NCBI GenBank assembly: GCA_040437565.1
Contig: JBDOQK010000044.1
Span: forward strand, 186,001-250,000
Origin: Albugo candida
Lineage: Eukaryota
Reading direction: 5' to 3'
Length of the DNA stretch: 64,000 nt
How positions within the stretch are numbered: the first letter of the stretch is position 1; every line of letters starts with the position of its first letter. The position numbers and the translations under genes are program-made. Of the stretch, positions 27,255-40,800 are shown one piece after another. A model generated the notes under the pieces. The model saw only the letters and a program-made list of their open reading frames with translations. It did not search any database and was not told the origin of the DNA.

Positions 27255-27977
27255 GGGAGCCGCTAACCAGCCTCATCACCCTTGAATACAGCACTGTAAG
27301 CTATGATTGCGAGTTATGATTGTCTAAAAAGAGTACCCCTATTTGAATATATGTTCTAAGAAGCGGTTTTACAGCATTAAGATTGGCTAGGTCTATATCT
27401 AAATCTACTGCTGCAGATTTTGCTGCTGCTGTTGGTGCTGTTTGCATTTGCTGCACAATGACAGCAAGCTGGCCATCGCAAGCAAGGCTAACTGCTGAAT
27501 TCACTGAGAGTAGATCACCTGCAATAAATGAATTGTCAGATAAATGTAACTTTTGCCAGCACAGTTAGCATACAATAAAAATTACCTGTTGACAGAGAGA
27601 TCCATTTCTGAGAGGAGCATTGACGCTCTCCACCCAAAAAGTTAGTACATGCCCATATGGCGCCTATTGTGTAAGATAGCACAAAAAACGCTCCTAGTAA
27701 ATCAGCCAAGCTGTCTCAAGGTAGCTCATCGAAGCAGCGAAGGTGGCATGCATTGCTGAAAGTTGGGTCTGATGAGTTGAAGTGTGATTTTATTGTATTT
27801 TATTCGGTTCCATCTATTCAGACCAATCAGAGGCCCCGATATCCATGAATTGATAAAGGGTGGGGCTGGATAATGATTCTCCTAATTTTTTTATATTCAC
27901 TCTGTTATATTTGTTTGAACCAATCAGAGGCCACCCATCTATAAATTTACGGAGGTCGGGGATGGTTAGCGGCTCCC
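27255..27977. mobile_element. Non-autonomous MULE-type MITE (~720 bp)
   Basis: Perfect TIR gggagccgctaacca / tggttagcggctccc, with a 9-bp TSD tttttttat / attttttat. Subterminal repeats contain accaatcagaggcc. Confidence 0.8.
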
Positions 27978-27991
27978 ATTTTTTATTTATA

Positions 27992-30764
27992 CATTGCACA
28001 CCACCTATAATCTGTAATTTTTTAGGCCTTAGTGAATTCACTGCTCTTCACGCAAAAATCATCGCATAACAAAAAAAGACATTTTATATGATATATACAA
28101 TCTAGCGCAAAAAACTTGGATTTCAAATTGGATGATTTTTGGATAACTTATAAGACTCTAAAAGTTGCCTTGTTTCTCTAGATTTAACTAGTATTTCCTA
28201 TCAAAGCGTAAAAGTTGGCCGCCATCAGTGGGCAAATTAGGGTGTAGGGTTTAGGATTTTAGTACAAGTGTTATATATTATCTTTATATTATACTTACAG
28301 CTTCATACAGTAGCTACTAAAGCATTGCTATCTGTGTGAACGGAGTCTGGAACTCTTCGATGTGATCGNNNNNNNNNNNNNNNNNNNNNNNNNNNNNNNN
28401 NNNNNNNNNNNNNNNNNNNNNNNNNNNNNNNNNNNNNNNNNNNNNNNNNNNNNNNNNNNNNNNNNNNNGTGAACTGAGTCTGGAACTCTTCGATGTGATC
28501 GGTACTTTTTCATAGCATATTCCGCGGCTTTTCCGGTTAGATCTTCCCGACACACATCCATATAAAGGAACCACTTTCTAGCATGGCGAAGGATTGTTGC
28601 GAGCGACAATGAGGCAAGTGCTTTCGGAACTGTCGCGACCAATCCTTTTCATGTGTAATCGCACTTTTCCCTTGCGTATCGTTTTGCTTCCCCCACAAAA
28701 GCTTTCTATGAAAAAATTAAATTCGCAATGAAATTTGGGGTAAAATATGATGAGTTGTCCCGCCGCGTTGATTGTCTCTTCCAACAAATCTTTTTGAGCT
28801 TTAAAGTCTGGCTGGTTCTGAATAACACTGCGGCCGCAGCAGCTACCTGTGTCACCACATTTACCCCGGCAATGAAGGTTTGTCGTCCTGAGGTTGCGTT
28901 CCTTTAGGAGGATCTTTATGCCTTTCAGTTGTCCGGCCAGAGGATGATCTGCGGGAGTACCATGGATTGCGATGTTTCATCTCCAAACATTCCATTCCGC
29001 ATCACCGGTTGCTTTCCTCCCGGTCCAAGATTCATCCGTTGAGACACGAGAGCATCTTCAGCAAATGCTGCGTGGCTAGTCCCATTGTCGAAAGCGAAGA
29101 GAGCTTTTGCGTTGGGAAACTGCGCATCGAAAATGGTAATTGCAGCATCCCGGACTTGCCTTTGAAGGTCTTCCGAAGTCCATTAAACATCATAGTTCTT
29201 GCCGATAATGTGATTATGCAAGCCTCTCCTGGAAGATTGCTGTGTTGAAGCTTTTTTTTTGCTCAAATCTAGTCGACCCCCTTGAATAAGACAAAATGTT
29301 AACTCTTGATCAAAGTAATGAGTTAAAAACTCTAAAATAAGATACTTACCAAAATCACTCAGGAAATTGCTGACATGTATCGATCTCCCAGCCCCCTTCT
29401 TCCGCAGTGGCTGTTCGCCATCAGGAAGCCATACCTTCTTCTGGCCATCATGGGCGGCAAATATGCTTTCATCATGCGTCACTAAGATGATGTCATCTCT
29501 GGCAGGCCAAATCTCCGATTCCATTTCCGGTCCAAAACATTTCGGCATAAATGGCTCAAAGAGTCTCATTCATTCCAAAAAATTGAGTACTATATGCCAC
29601 AACATCTTCTCGTTCATTGCGATCAACGTACATGCCTTTCTTCACTTCTGAATAGCGTAGTCCAAGTAACTTCATCCAGTGGGTCACAGTGCTGAGGTGG
29701 ATTGATGCGGTGGGATCAATTTCTGGAAGTATTTGCTCGTTGACATGCTTGGTAAAATCCGTTGGTACTACGCAGAACTTTTTGTTTCGAAGGTAAAGCC
29801 GCACATCTGCAATGACATCTTCATCCTCTAATAAACTGATTGTTTAAACATGCTTTCCCTGCTTGCCCTCGGGAAAATAACCAGTTTCAAGATATAAACG
29901 TCCCCAGCAACGAAGCATCTCGGCAAACCAACGCCCTTTTCCATTCGCCGCCGTAATTATTTGCGAGGCAGCAACTCTCTATTTTGCAATCACGATAGAC
30001 CGTTAAGAAATAAAATAAGATTGCGCTAGAGAATATGCAAATGAATTAACTTACCTCACTGCCACAGAGTATAAGCCTGAAGTATCCTGTAACAGAGGCA
30101 ATACGCAGCCGGATAATTGCCTCCTTTGATTCATTTTGTTTTCCCAGTTTCACAAACGCTCTACGAAGATTTTTGTGAGAATAAAGAGGTCTTTCACCTA
30201 TCGTGTCCTCGCTTTCAGAGTTTATAGGCTGACGCTGTGTGGCTTTTGCCTTGAAGTATGTCTCTAGCTTTCTTGAACCAATGGATGCTTTTCCTGCGCT
30301 TCTCTTTTGCACCGCTTCGTTCTGTCGGAATCTTCAAGGTACCGAAAAGGTCGTTTATAAGCAGAATCAATGTTCACAATAATGGTGTCCGTTTGCTCTT
30401 CCTCAAAATCCTCGAATTAAGCTTCTAAATCCGCCTTTATATGGCGCTCCTATTTTCGATAGTTGAACTTGATATATTTCCCGCTTTTTTCGTCTTATAA
30501 GCAGCCCTTTCATGTGACGTTGCTGTTTTGATGTTCGAGGCATGCTGCTTAGATCAATAGGCTGGCAGGAAAAAAGGAGTGTGTTTTGTTGTCAAATGAG
30601 AAGGATGGGTGGTATCAGGATTAAATGTGATTGGGGAAAAAGCTGTTCGGATGGTATTGGGGGTTGAATTTACGCCAATTATATTTGATGAAGGTTTATG
30701 TTTGATGATTCTTCAATTTCGGCCGCAAAAAATAATGATTACAGGTCATAGATGACGTGCACTA
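27992..30764 (-). mobile_element. IS630/Tc1-mariner-like transposon, near full-length, with an intron-containing transposase pseudogene
   Basis: 27-bp TIRs (20/27 match) flanked by TA. ATG at 30543. Motifs: KKGMYVDRNEREDVVAY, ILVTHDESIF (D1), LFAFDNGTSH (D2) and IIFYPKFHCEFNFFIE (E). Putative GT-AG introns lie at 30054-29979 and 29349-29281. Confidence 0.9.
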
Positions 30765-30770
30765 TATGTA

Positions 30771-31737
30771 GGGAATTGTTATATACACTCCCTTCTAAGT
30801 CCCGCTGCACACATTATTATACTTCTTATTTATATCTAGTGAAGTCTCATAAAGCATTGTTATATTGACTCCCTTTATGGTTAGATTCACTCCCTTTGAA
30901 GTCACGTGGCCACATTATTTTACATTCAAACTTATCATCTTGTTTAAGTGTCACACCCTGGTTTTATGCGAGCATACCGATGATTTGCTGAAACTCACTG
31001 GCAGGCTAAAAATTGGACCGATTGGGTAGACGTCTGCTATTTTTGGGAAATTTAGTAATCGTAGAAAAAACATATGATCACTCTTGCTGTATCAACTCAA
31101 TCAACTGTCCGCTATACGCCCCCCAAAATCACCTACATTTGTCCGAGGAACTTTATGCGCTTCTAAACGATTGTGAGCGTCTCAGCGGGGAGATAAAGAG
31201 ATTGTGTACCAGACCTTCACAATTTGCAAATGGGAATTTAAAAATACTTTCTCTTAGATGATACTTTTTTGTAGCTATTTGCTTTCCTTTTCTCAATAGG
31301 AAAGATATTTTCACTAGACTACAATTTGTTTCGCTTTGAATTTCTTCTCAGACAATTGGTCTTGCTTAGATTTGACATCACAATCTTACTGTTCGTTCTT
31401 TGTAAAGAAAAAAACCGTGGTTTTGCGTCGGCGCATTTTGATCAGCCTCAATTTGATTATAACGAAGAGAACGAGAGATGATCATAACGATCGTCACAAG
31501 AACTATGAAGCGTTATGTATCGTTCTCGAGTCGATCGGCCAATTTTAGACGATCGTATATAATTCTTCACAACGATGAAGATAAGGTAGTAGTGGAAAAC
31601 CAAAAGATTGGCAAATTGTATCGCTTGCGAACTTTTGAGCTGGTAGCTCTGATTATTATTCAATGTAAAGTAATGTGGGTCACGTGTTTTAAAAGGTAAC
31701 GAATCTGACGGAAAAAGGAGTGGATATAACAATTTCC
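30771..31737. mobile_element. Non-autonomous MULE-type element with GGGAATTG termini
   Basis: TIR gggaattgttatatacactc versus gagtggatataacaatttcc (18/20 match). It has subterminal ...actccctt repeats and the same terminal octamer as the autonomous MULE at 20482. Confidence 0.75.
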
Positions 31738-32649
31738 TAATTATGTATATCAATGTGTGCCGCGTGCCTTAAAAGGAAGTGAATATGAAAATTTGCTAAA
31801 TTTAAATAAAAAGCATACATAGCATAGTTATGTGTGCCGCCTGATTCAAAAAGGAAGCGAATTCATCAAAAGGTGAGTGAATATAACAATTCCTTTCATT
31901 TAGGANNNNNNNNNNNNNNNNNNNNNNNNNNNNNNNNNNNNNNNNNNNNNNNNNNNNNNNNNNNNNNNNNNNNNNNNNNNNNNNNNNNNNNNNNNNNNNN
32001 NNNNNCCCCTAAACTAAAAAAAGGAATCGGTATAGGAACAAACCTTAATTTTTCCCAGCTTACACACCTCCTCACTCACAAACATAGGATTAATGAAAAG
32101 CCACACATGTGGACATTCAAACTGACATACCATACTAATTACGCCATATTGTACAGAATGCAGAAAAGTATGATGTATCCTTTGTATACGAAGCGTGAAC
32201 AACTAGCCGACTTGGCCAAACATAACGAACTGGCTTTAGAATATTGCGACACACAAACAAGAATTATAGCTGTTGAGACATCGTTGATCAGAAAGAATAA
32301 GTTTTTCAAGATATGATAAATAGATGATGAATATTTTGGAACACTCGATGTTTTAGGTGTCATATTTCTTGTGGTAAATTGGAATTGTATTATGTAGAGA
32401 TCCTTAGTTCAAAACCTTAGCTAATCTAAGTCTATAACGCGGTTTTCTCTAGCACAGATTCTATACCGTTTGTAAAGACATTAGCAGCACTTACTTTACG
32501 CTTAATTATTCCGGTGATGTTCTTCACACATTCTCAAGAGAAAGTGCGTCTGTGCGAACCATGAATCTTTGAACGTATCTTTCAACAGGCTGTAAAGACA
32601 TCGGTGACGAGAAGAAGCAATTAATTCGTAACATGAGGAACAAATAATG

Positions 32650-33350
32650 CTTGAAGGAAATATATATCACGTTTGTGTTCATTCGTGTCGAATTTTTCGA
32701 CACAGAAACTAGACAAAGTTGTACATCTGAATTGAGTATTCCAAGATCCTACTTTCTTACACGATATGTCAATAGTCACACCAGTTTGTACAAACGTACT
32801 TGAGAATACCTGGTGATCAAGTCATTTTAACACGTTTACGGGCTTAGCCTAATTCGACGAAATAGTGTATTTTGTGTGGAGCTGCAGCATACTTTGTTTG
32901 ACATGAATACTCGGTTTCAGAAAAATCCACACATGTGCACTTTCCAATCCTTGCATCCACANNNNNNNNNNNNNNNNNNNNNNNNNNNNNNNNNNNNNNN
33001 NNNNNNNNNNNNNNNNNNNNNNNNNNNNNNNNNNNNNNNNNNNNNNNNNNNNNNNNNNNNNCACTTCGGGCATCCACAAGCCCTTTGCTGTCGTGTTGAG
33101 AATGCGGAAAAGTACAGTTGATCACTTGCGCACGTTTCGTGTGTAAGTAGTCCGATTGTCCATTCACACTGTCTAACTTGAACATCTTACGGTACACTAC
33201 ACTTATAATCATGAACAGATGAGCGAGGTGGCCAATTTTTGAAGTTAATAAATATTGTAGGGTCCCTCTATATGTGTGGATGAGACCCATACTGAAAGAA
33301 GCGTTGCCACTGAATCCGAGTGTTTGATCTTCGGTGCCCTATATTCCAAA
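32650..33350 (-). mobile_element. MULE SWIM-region fragment
   Basis: VDARIGKCTCVDFSETEYSC resembles the SWIM CxC motif of MULE transposases. It spans an N gap and the boundaries are approximate. Confidence 0.5.
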
Positions 33351-33849
33351 ATGTCACGTCCTAACTAACGACACGAAGAATGGTAGACTAGGGCCAAACT
33401 GGCTGTGGAAAGCAAGCGTCGAAAGATGGAGAAACATGCTTTGGTCGTGTCTGGTAGCTCTCATGACACCAGTTGTAGCACAGAAAACAAAACGAATACT
33501 TTAGCTTTTGGCCGCTGAAGAACAAGAAGCTGAATTCATTTCATAGAACATACAAAGGACGTTTCTGTCGGATTAAAAGCTTTGAAACCAGACGCGGTGT
33601 CGAATAGACCTTTCTGCTCTGTTTGTAACTTGGCACGCACCGTAAGACGTAAGACCACCGCAAACAGACGCGCTGATACTATTGATGGCCTTTGACTAAC
33701 TACTGGCCGCCCTGGTGAATTGAACGCAACCCGCACAAACAACGAAGACTGGAACTGTTTGAAGTTTTCCATTATACAGTGAAGAGACAGAAGAGTCTTC
33801 GTGACCATAAAGAGAGCTGGACACTGCCATTGAGCTGCTGCTGGCGGGG

Positions 33850-34900
33850 CAACCAGATCTTCCAGTATCCGCAAGCAGAAGAGGTTCGTAGGGTTGCTGT
33901 TTTCGATTTCTTGAGTCGTCTCAAAAGTACTCCTCGAAGCAAGTAAGCTAATCGGTGGGGGTGACGGCAAAGTAGCACGGCACACACGTTGTTTCCCCGC
34001 TTGATCACAATGTCCCTACAGGATGTCAAAGTGCTTTGTCTCGCCAAATACATTGACAGACCACATAAATATAAAGATTCTCACCGGTGTTGGGTATGCA
34101 CCATCATCCACAATTTCAGGTAGTACCACGCTGGGCCATATTCCTTATCAACGTCGTTCCGTGAAGTTCAAAAACACATCTATATGGATGGGCATGAGAT
34201 ACAATATGAACTTGGTTATCGTCAAATTTTCTTGAAACAAATGCGTACGTTATGTTAGCGTTTGTCAGCATTTAAAAGCTTCGATGGAAACTATGAGAAT
34301 ACTCGCGTTTCGTTGCGGGGGTTGGCCTGCGCCCTTTGATTTAAGTGAGAAATGAAGGGATCACCTTTGCCTTCCATGACGGCTTGAACTTCTTAGGCTG
34401 CCGACTGATGAGTCGCCTTTGTGCAAGAAAAGAGCAAGGACACTCCGCTTATGTCAGCGACTTCCTTAGCGATGTGGGAGGTCGCTTAGCGCTAAAAGAT
34501 TACAAATACGTGCATCTTCCCAGCATTCTTGATGCACTTTTGCGATTATGCGTCCAAGAATTCAACATGATGGTTGGTGAGAGGGTGAAGACTCGCTGAA
34601 GTAGGTGAGGAGGCGGCACTTCTCATTGCTGAAGCTCAGCTTTTCTAAAAGCAAGGAGATTATAACAATGCAAATTGGCAATGCGCCTTTGGCGTCTGAC
34701 GCCATTCGCGCGAACCTGATAAATTAGGGGCTTGGTGGAACATGCTCGCTTATAGAAGCACCACCTCGGGAGAGAAAATCTTCAGAGCATAATTCTTCCA
34801 AAAGAAGACCCAAACCTTGCTTATCGCGAACAACCGAAGGGCATCAAAATTGTTCTGCAGGAACGAGGACTGTGGCGGGCAGGTTTCAGGCTGAGCTGCA
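33850..34900 (+). mobile_element. Third, highly decayed IS630/Tc1-like transposase copy
   Basis: KHIYMDGHEIQYELGYRQIFLKQM (about 34171), KEQGHSAYVSDFLSDVGGRL (about 34430) and PKGIKIVLQERGLW (about 34835) are homologous to the 28-30.7 kb copy. No TIRs were found. Confidence 0.8.
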
Positions 34901-37696
34901 ATAGCTCTGCCATCTTTTTCCTGATATTCGAAATATGTGATAAGTGTGACCAGTGTCTCATTTACCTGTATAGAGCCAAAACCTCCCCACACACAGCCTC
35001 TTCTCTGTAACCGAAGATACCCATGAACTGGATAGATGAGTCAACATATTCCTCATTTTGCATTCCATATCTTCAACGTCGAAATTATCATCGAATGTTC
35101 ACATCGAAGGTGATGGTTCCGAATCACGCAACAAGAGCTGAATTTTCGAGTGGTCTTTGCAAAACCCGCTTTTTTTTAATTGCGTTGTTGTGACACAATT
35201 CTGAGTTCGCAATTTTCACTTATTATCATTACAGAGCCGATGGATTTTGATCGCGGAAAAACTCTGGAATCAATGTCAATTTTTGTACGGGATCCATTAG
35301 GAGCGTTTCGTCTAGACGGTAACCTACTGTAAGCACATTCGGGGATCAAATGGACGGACCGTTTTTCGCAATTAAACAAATCCAGTTCGTGCTGCATCGA
35401 AGAAGGAAGCTATGGAATGTCCAAAGACTAACAGTCCAACTCAATCTGTACATCGCATTTGATTGAGATAAATATATATGCTCATCACTCACATAGTGAC
35501 ATTCATGGCAGGTTGCAGGATTTATTTACGAGAAAGAAGATACAGCGAATATAAACGACAGCGTCAATTCATACTTTTGTTTGAACAACACACACAACGA
35601 CATCAACGCGGCTGCGATCAGCACGAATGAATTCATGGTTACCAGCTCTTTTGTTTGTTTGAATGGCACTTGACTGAATATGGCTGGGTGACGTTGCATT
35701 GATAACCTTTGTCACACTAGCAGTACTCTTTCTTTTGCATCCGGGTTCCAGATTATGTGCAATTTTATGAAGAAGTGTCATAGTTCCATGGCGAGTTATT
35801 CGGTCGATCGCAAGATGAGAACGCTTTATCGAGAAGATGGAGGACTACCTTGAGTTACATTCACGTCACACTTGTCGTATGTTGTTTGGGATCTGACTGG
35901 GCTAGCAATATTGTGCGTATGACACTATGAGCGATGCATGAACATCATGTCCCTTAGGTAGGATTGCATACAAAATTCTTAAGTTAATTATTGATACCAT
36001 GAAGGCTAGCAGTTTGACGCAAATATTATGAAGTGGAACTGTCACGGCAAGGCAAAATGTGCTCCGGACATAAGCTACGACAGTGAAGCTGATTGCAGAC
36101 TTTATGCACTACTAGATGCTTTTTAAATGCGCTAGACACGAAAGCTCTATATTTGAGAAGTACATTCATTATATTAAAGACCGGAAGATCTAATCTGCTG
36201 CAAATTTATCGCAGAAAAGTAATGGTGCTAGCCGTTAGACTCACAACGCTAGTGGAGTCGTGGTTGGAATCGATTGTTAAACAAAATTGTATCTGTTTGT
36301 TAGCAATCATCATCTACATGTCCAGATACCTAGTTCCAGGATTATTGATGATTGGCTTATCAGATGTGTTGTTTTCTTTGGAATTGAAAGACGTCAGCAT
36401 CTCCTCGAGTAGTTTCTAAAATGTGTAGAATTTTTGTCGCACTATGTGGCATGTCTAGATTCGGTATTGCTGGCTTGAAATATGTCAACCGACGTTAGAA
36501 ATTATCATGCCTTATACTCTATGCTATACATTCTTACCTGGAATAAAAGTATCCTTGAGAACTTACACATCTCATGGCAAAGAAGGCATTATCGTACACA
36601 GCATAGATATATTTTATGCGTTTTTCCCACATTTCTAATGCCCCTATGAGGATTGAACGTGTTTACCATCGTCTAAAACGCTTGTGTACGTATTGAGAGA
36701 ATAGTACAATACGCGCAGTTCGAAATTGAGTACATATTCAGTGATGCAAGATGTTTCTCCAGTCAGTAAATTGGGCCATCCGAATAGCAATGCAAATCGC
36801 TCATAGAACAAGACTTCTATCTGTAATGTATAATGATCGGTATAGTAAGCTGCAATATGTTACATTATATCTAAAATCCCAATACATTGGCGGCATTAGC
36901 CGACATATGAACGAATGTGCAGCTTGGAAATGAAATTTCTTTGCTACGTTTTTTTGCAAAAACTCTTCACTAAATGCATATTATTCAACAAAAGCGCACA
37001 GAAACTTGGCTGAAAGGTATCGTTGCAATTATACGTATTGAACCAAGCAAGCTTATGGATACCTATTTACCTGCGATACAACCAAACGTTAGAAATGTTA
37101 GGAGCATTGTTTCCAAGGCACAAATGCTCGATCAGGCTAGAAATTTCGAGATACTCTTTTCAAGAAGGTGAGCTCTCCAGCCGTTTCATTCATGCATCAT
37201 AAAAATAACATAATGTTCATGCTTATGTAAANNNNNNNNNNNNNNNNNNNNNNNNNNNNNNNNNNNNNNNNNNNNNNNNNNNNNNNNNNNNNNNNNNNNN
37301 NNNNNNNNNNNNNNNNNNNNNNNNNNNNNNNAGCTCTCCAGCCGTTTCATTCATGCATCATAAAAATAACATAATGTTCATGCTTATGTAAACTTAAGAT
37401 TGCCAGGATACAAGGTGGGCAATTCAAAGCATGCACTATTTAAACATGCCACGATTTTTAGGCTAAAATTAGCATTATCAGAGGAAGTGTTGTGTGAATA
37501 TAGCATATGCCGCTTGAAAAGTGTATTTACTGCAAAATACAGAGAGCTGCTGTCACTGGATATATGTTCACATCGCTGAGCAGTAAATTATGGATTATTA
37601 CGGTAGATTCTGGCCTTTTTCAGACGTGATTGTTCAACCGCGGGGTCGAACGCAGCTAATTGTTTGAACTGGTTGAGTGCAGAATAACAAAATTAT

Positions 37697-37829
37697 GTAA
37701 AGATGGCATGAAAAAGTTAGAATTATCTTTTGTTGTGATCTGACACTCCGACAATCTAAAGAGAGTAAAGATGGCATGAAAAAGTGAAAATTATCTTTTG
37801 TTGTGATCTGACACTACGACAGTCTAAAG
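37697..37829. repeat. Tandem duplication of a 68-bp unit (x2, few mismatches)
   Basis: gtaaagatggcatgaaaaagt...tcttttgttgtgatctgacact.cgaca.tctaaag occurs at 37697 and 37765 with no N gap between the copies. Confidence 0.85.
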
Positions 37830-40800
37830 TAAAGTAACGATTGCAAAAGATAATCGGTGGTCACGCACGAATTCGATGAGCACATTTTTTGAGTTTTATT
37901 GCCACTTTTGAAGCCTTCAGAAGCAAACTGCGTCTTAAATCTCAAAATTCAAATCAAGGATATAATGCTTCTAGATCAGCGACGTATGGAATAAAAAGCT
38001 GACTCTATGCCAGGCCGTAAAAAAACTTAACATTTTTTCACGTGAGGTCACGCAAGTCGAGCTCATGTCATACATATGCCTGACACTACTGAATTGTTTT
38101 CACTCAAAGCAGGAAAGCTGTCGTCTATTCCGCATTTTTTTACTAGTTATATTTGCAATATTTTCTCTATTCAAAATAAAATTAATTCTTGTGTGGTATT
38201 CGCTCATGAAATGTCGATCCTTTGTCACCGCAACCTGAATGAAATATTTGCTCCAAAAAATCCAAAAAAATAAGCTCTTTCGGTAGCCTCCTTGCTGAAC
38301 TAATGATCTAGATGTTTTCAATATACAATGAGATTCTTTTGGTCTGATTGTCCACTGTAAACAGTAATCGATTTGATAGCATGAAACCTTTTGTCTTCCA
38401 ACTCACTGTACGCCGCATATTCCAGCCATTTTAATTACACAGGCCATTACTTCTTAACTTTATGCAGTGTTTCTTTGCTTAAAATATAAGTTTCAATTAG
38501 TTTATCTCTAAGACGTCTAAATTCGCTGGATAAAATTACTTAAGTCTATTCTGTTCGGAATATTTTGCGCTCTTGATGTAGTATATACTTAGCTGAGGCA
38601 TTATCACTCTAAATTATTTCTCTAGATGGTCCCGATCATGGTTCTCGCTTCATGAAAGTGGGACCAGTAGAGTGCTCTAGTGTCCTTGCATTGAGCTTGC
38701 TTAGTACACATCCAGGAGCTCTTTTGGATGCCCGCAATGAGGAACGAGCGACATATTTTATCATTAGTCCTTGGCGATGTTTAGGAAACTGCCATGGTTC
38801 CGAACGCTTACCATTTCAACTTCTTAGCGCATTGATTTAGAAACTATACTTGATTAATGCATGTATTCGATAATTTGCTGGCACAAATGGCTGCGACGCA
38901 AGTGTATGTCGCAAAGTAGACATCGTATTTTGCTCCATGAAAGATTGTTAGAACAAACGAATCATACCTTTCGTGGAAAGGATTATTTAGCCGCGCTTAC
39001 GGTGAAAAAACAATTAATTTCGGTTTTAAACCAATTTTCTCTCCATTCCAGTACAGCATCACCTACCAAGTGAACACATTCAGTACTGGAGATCACATGA
39101 TGCATTTTGCGCTGATTTCGGTCCAAACTCATGATTCGATATGTTCACGATATCACCACGTCGGCATTCTTCTCTAATGCATTGTAATATAGCGTCCTCA
39201 TAGTGGAAGCAGACATGTTTTTTGTGGAACGGAAGTCAGTGGGATCTTACGGGCAGGATCGAACACAGCAGAAGCAATTCATGAAGATTTTGAATGCTCC
39301 GACACGGTTTTATACGTCTAAGCTTCATTTTGAGCAGAGGAAACGACCGACGAGTGCCTTTGATCATCTTCTATGTTTAAGAATAGCACTCGAGTCTGCA
39401 CGCAGTTTTAGGATGCGATTCGCTGAATTGTTTCGAATGAGATTTTCACGTAGCTTTTCTGGCGGAACAACATTCTGTTTTCACTGTGCTCTCGATATGT
39501 ATTTTGGGTTTTACAGCAGTGAAAGTGAATTCAGTCAGCCGTCAGATCGGTCTTCGTCGAAGTTTTTACGCCGCATATCCGGTTTAGTATGACATCCAAA
39601 TCTTGGAATAGCATCTTTTCTTTCCGACAGTATATCGAATTAACGATTTTAACGCTTTGCCCTAGATAAGCCATTGTCTATGTTGCTGTACATACCAAAG
39701 CGTGATGAAAGCGGGGTTTTGATATGTGCGACGAATTTTTCCAGCCTCTTCGAATGTGTTCGGAGACGTATACTACCAATTTATTCCGATGCAATTCCGA
39801 AATCCATTTCCATCTTACTACTTCGTGCAAGGTTGCTAAAAAAGTCACCAAAATATGTTTTTCGACTAAAGCGAGACAAGTTCAATTTAGAATGAGCTCT
39901 TTCCGTCGTGGACAATCTTTTCCGGCTCGACCAGGATGGTCATATATCGCCTTTTTTTACATAATTTTTCCAAACTCCGCGATTAATGGACAACTTTTGG
40001 ACGGTATTTTGCGGAAAATTTGATTTACATATGTTGCGATTCATTTTCTTTAAACGGATCGGGAGCGCAGATTTGTCGCCCATAGCACTTCGAAACCTAC
40101 TTTCCCTACCATCTCGGCGATATTTTGCACACTCGGCGTACATACCAATCTTTGCAACGGCAGTGCTATGATACTGAGCATTCGGAATAATTTGAAAAAA
40201 AGGATCAGTCATCACAACATACTGGTTCAGCATGGAGATATTCTTTGATCGGCCCCATGTGCTTCATCTTCGACGACGTTTGAAATTCTAACTCAGTAAT
40301 AAGTGGAGTTTTCACTCAGTACTAATTATTTTTAGTCCGCCAAACATCCGTCTGGTATTTTCGATACTAACCTTGCCTGTATGTTGATCATTTATTCTAG
40401 CTTAGGCATTAGAGATGTCATTTACGTCTAATTCTATTATTATAGGCAACTCCAACTTTGAGGGCGATGAGAACCAACTTAAAGAAAGATACTCAACATC
40501 GAATTATCTGAACGAAAGCAGGATTATATACGTAGATGATTAAAACCGAAGTGTTTCGAAATTATTAGATTACAAATAGAGGGAACGTTCGGACATTCTC
40601 TCGACGGAAAGTATTGGCAATGGTACCAGTAAAGACTTGCCAAGAAGATAATATAGTTATTACATCTTAGTTGTTTACGACATTGACGTGTACCTAACAC
40701 AGCGAAAAGTATTTCGATCTTAAAAGAGATTGGAATGAGAGATGATGGCATAGTTCAAGAATCATACAGAGCTAAATAGTCAGGATTTGAAGATGGTGAA

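Larger units (their letters stand above)
27187..31893. mobile_element. Outer non-autonomous MULE-type element (about 200 bp of its own sequence) containing three nested insertions
   Basis: Left TIR gttaaatgttgaattcactccc versus right TIR rc ggaattgttatattcactcacc. The 9-bp TSD is tttcatttg (27178-27186) / tttcattta (31894-31902). Confidence 0.65.

Noticed and set aside
37697-37829. Repeat pair as a CRISPR-like array
   Set aside because: There are only two adjacent units, no spacers and no cas genes, in a eukaryotic context.
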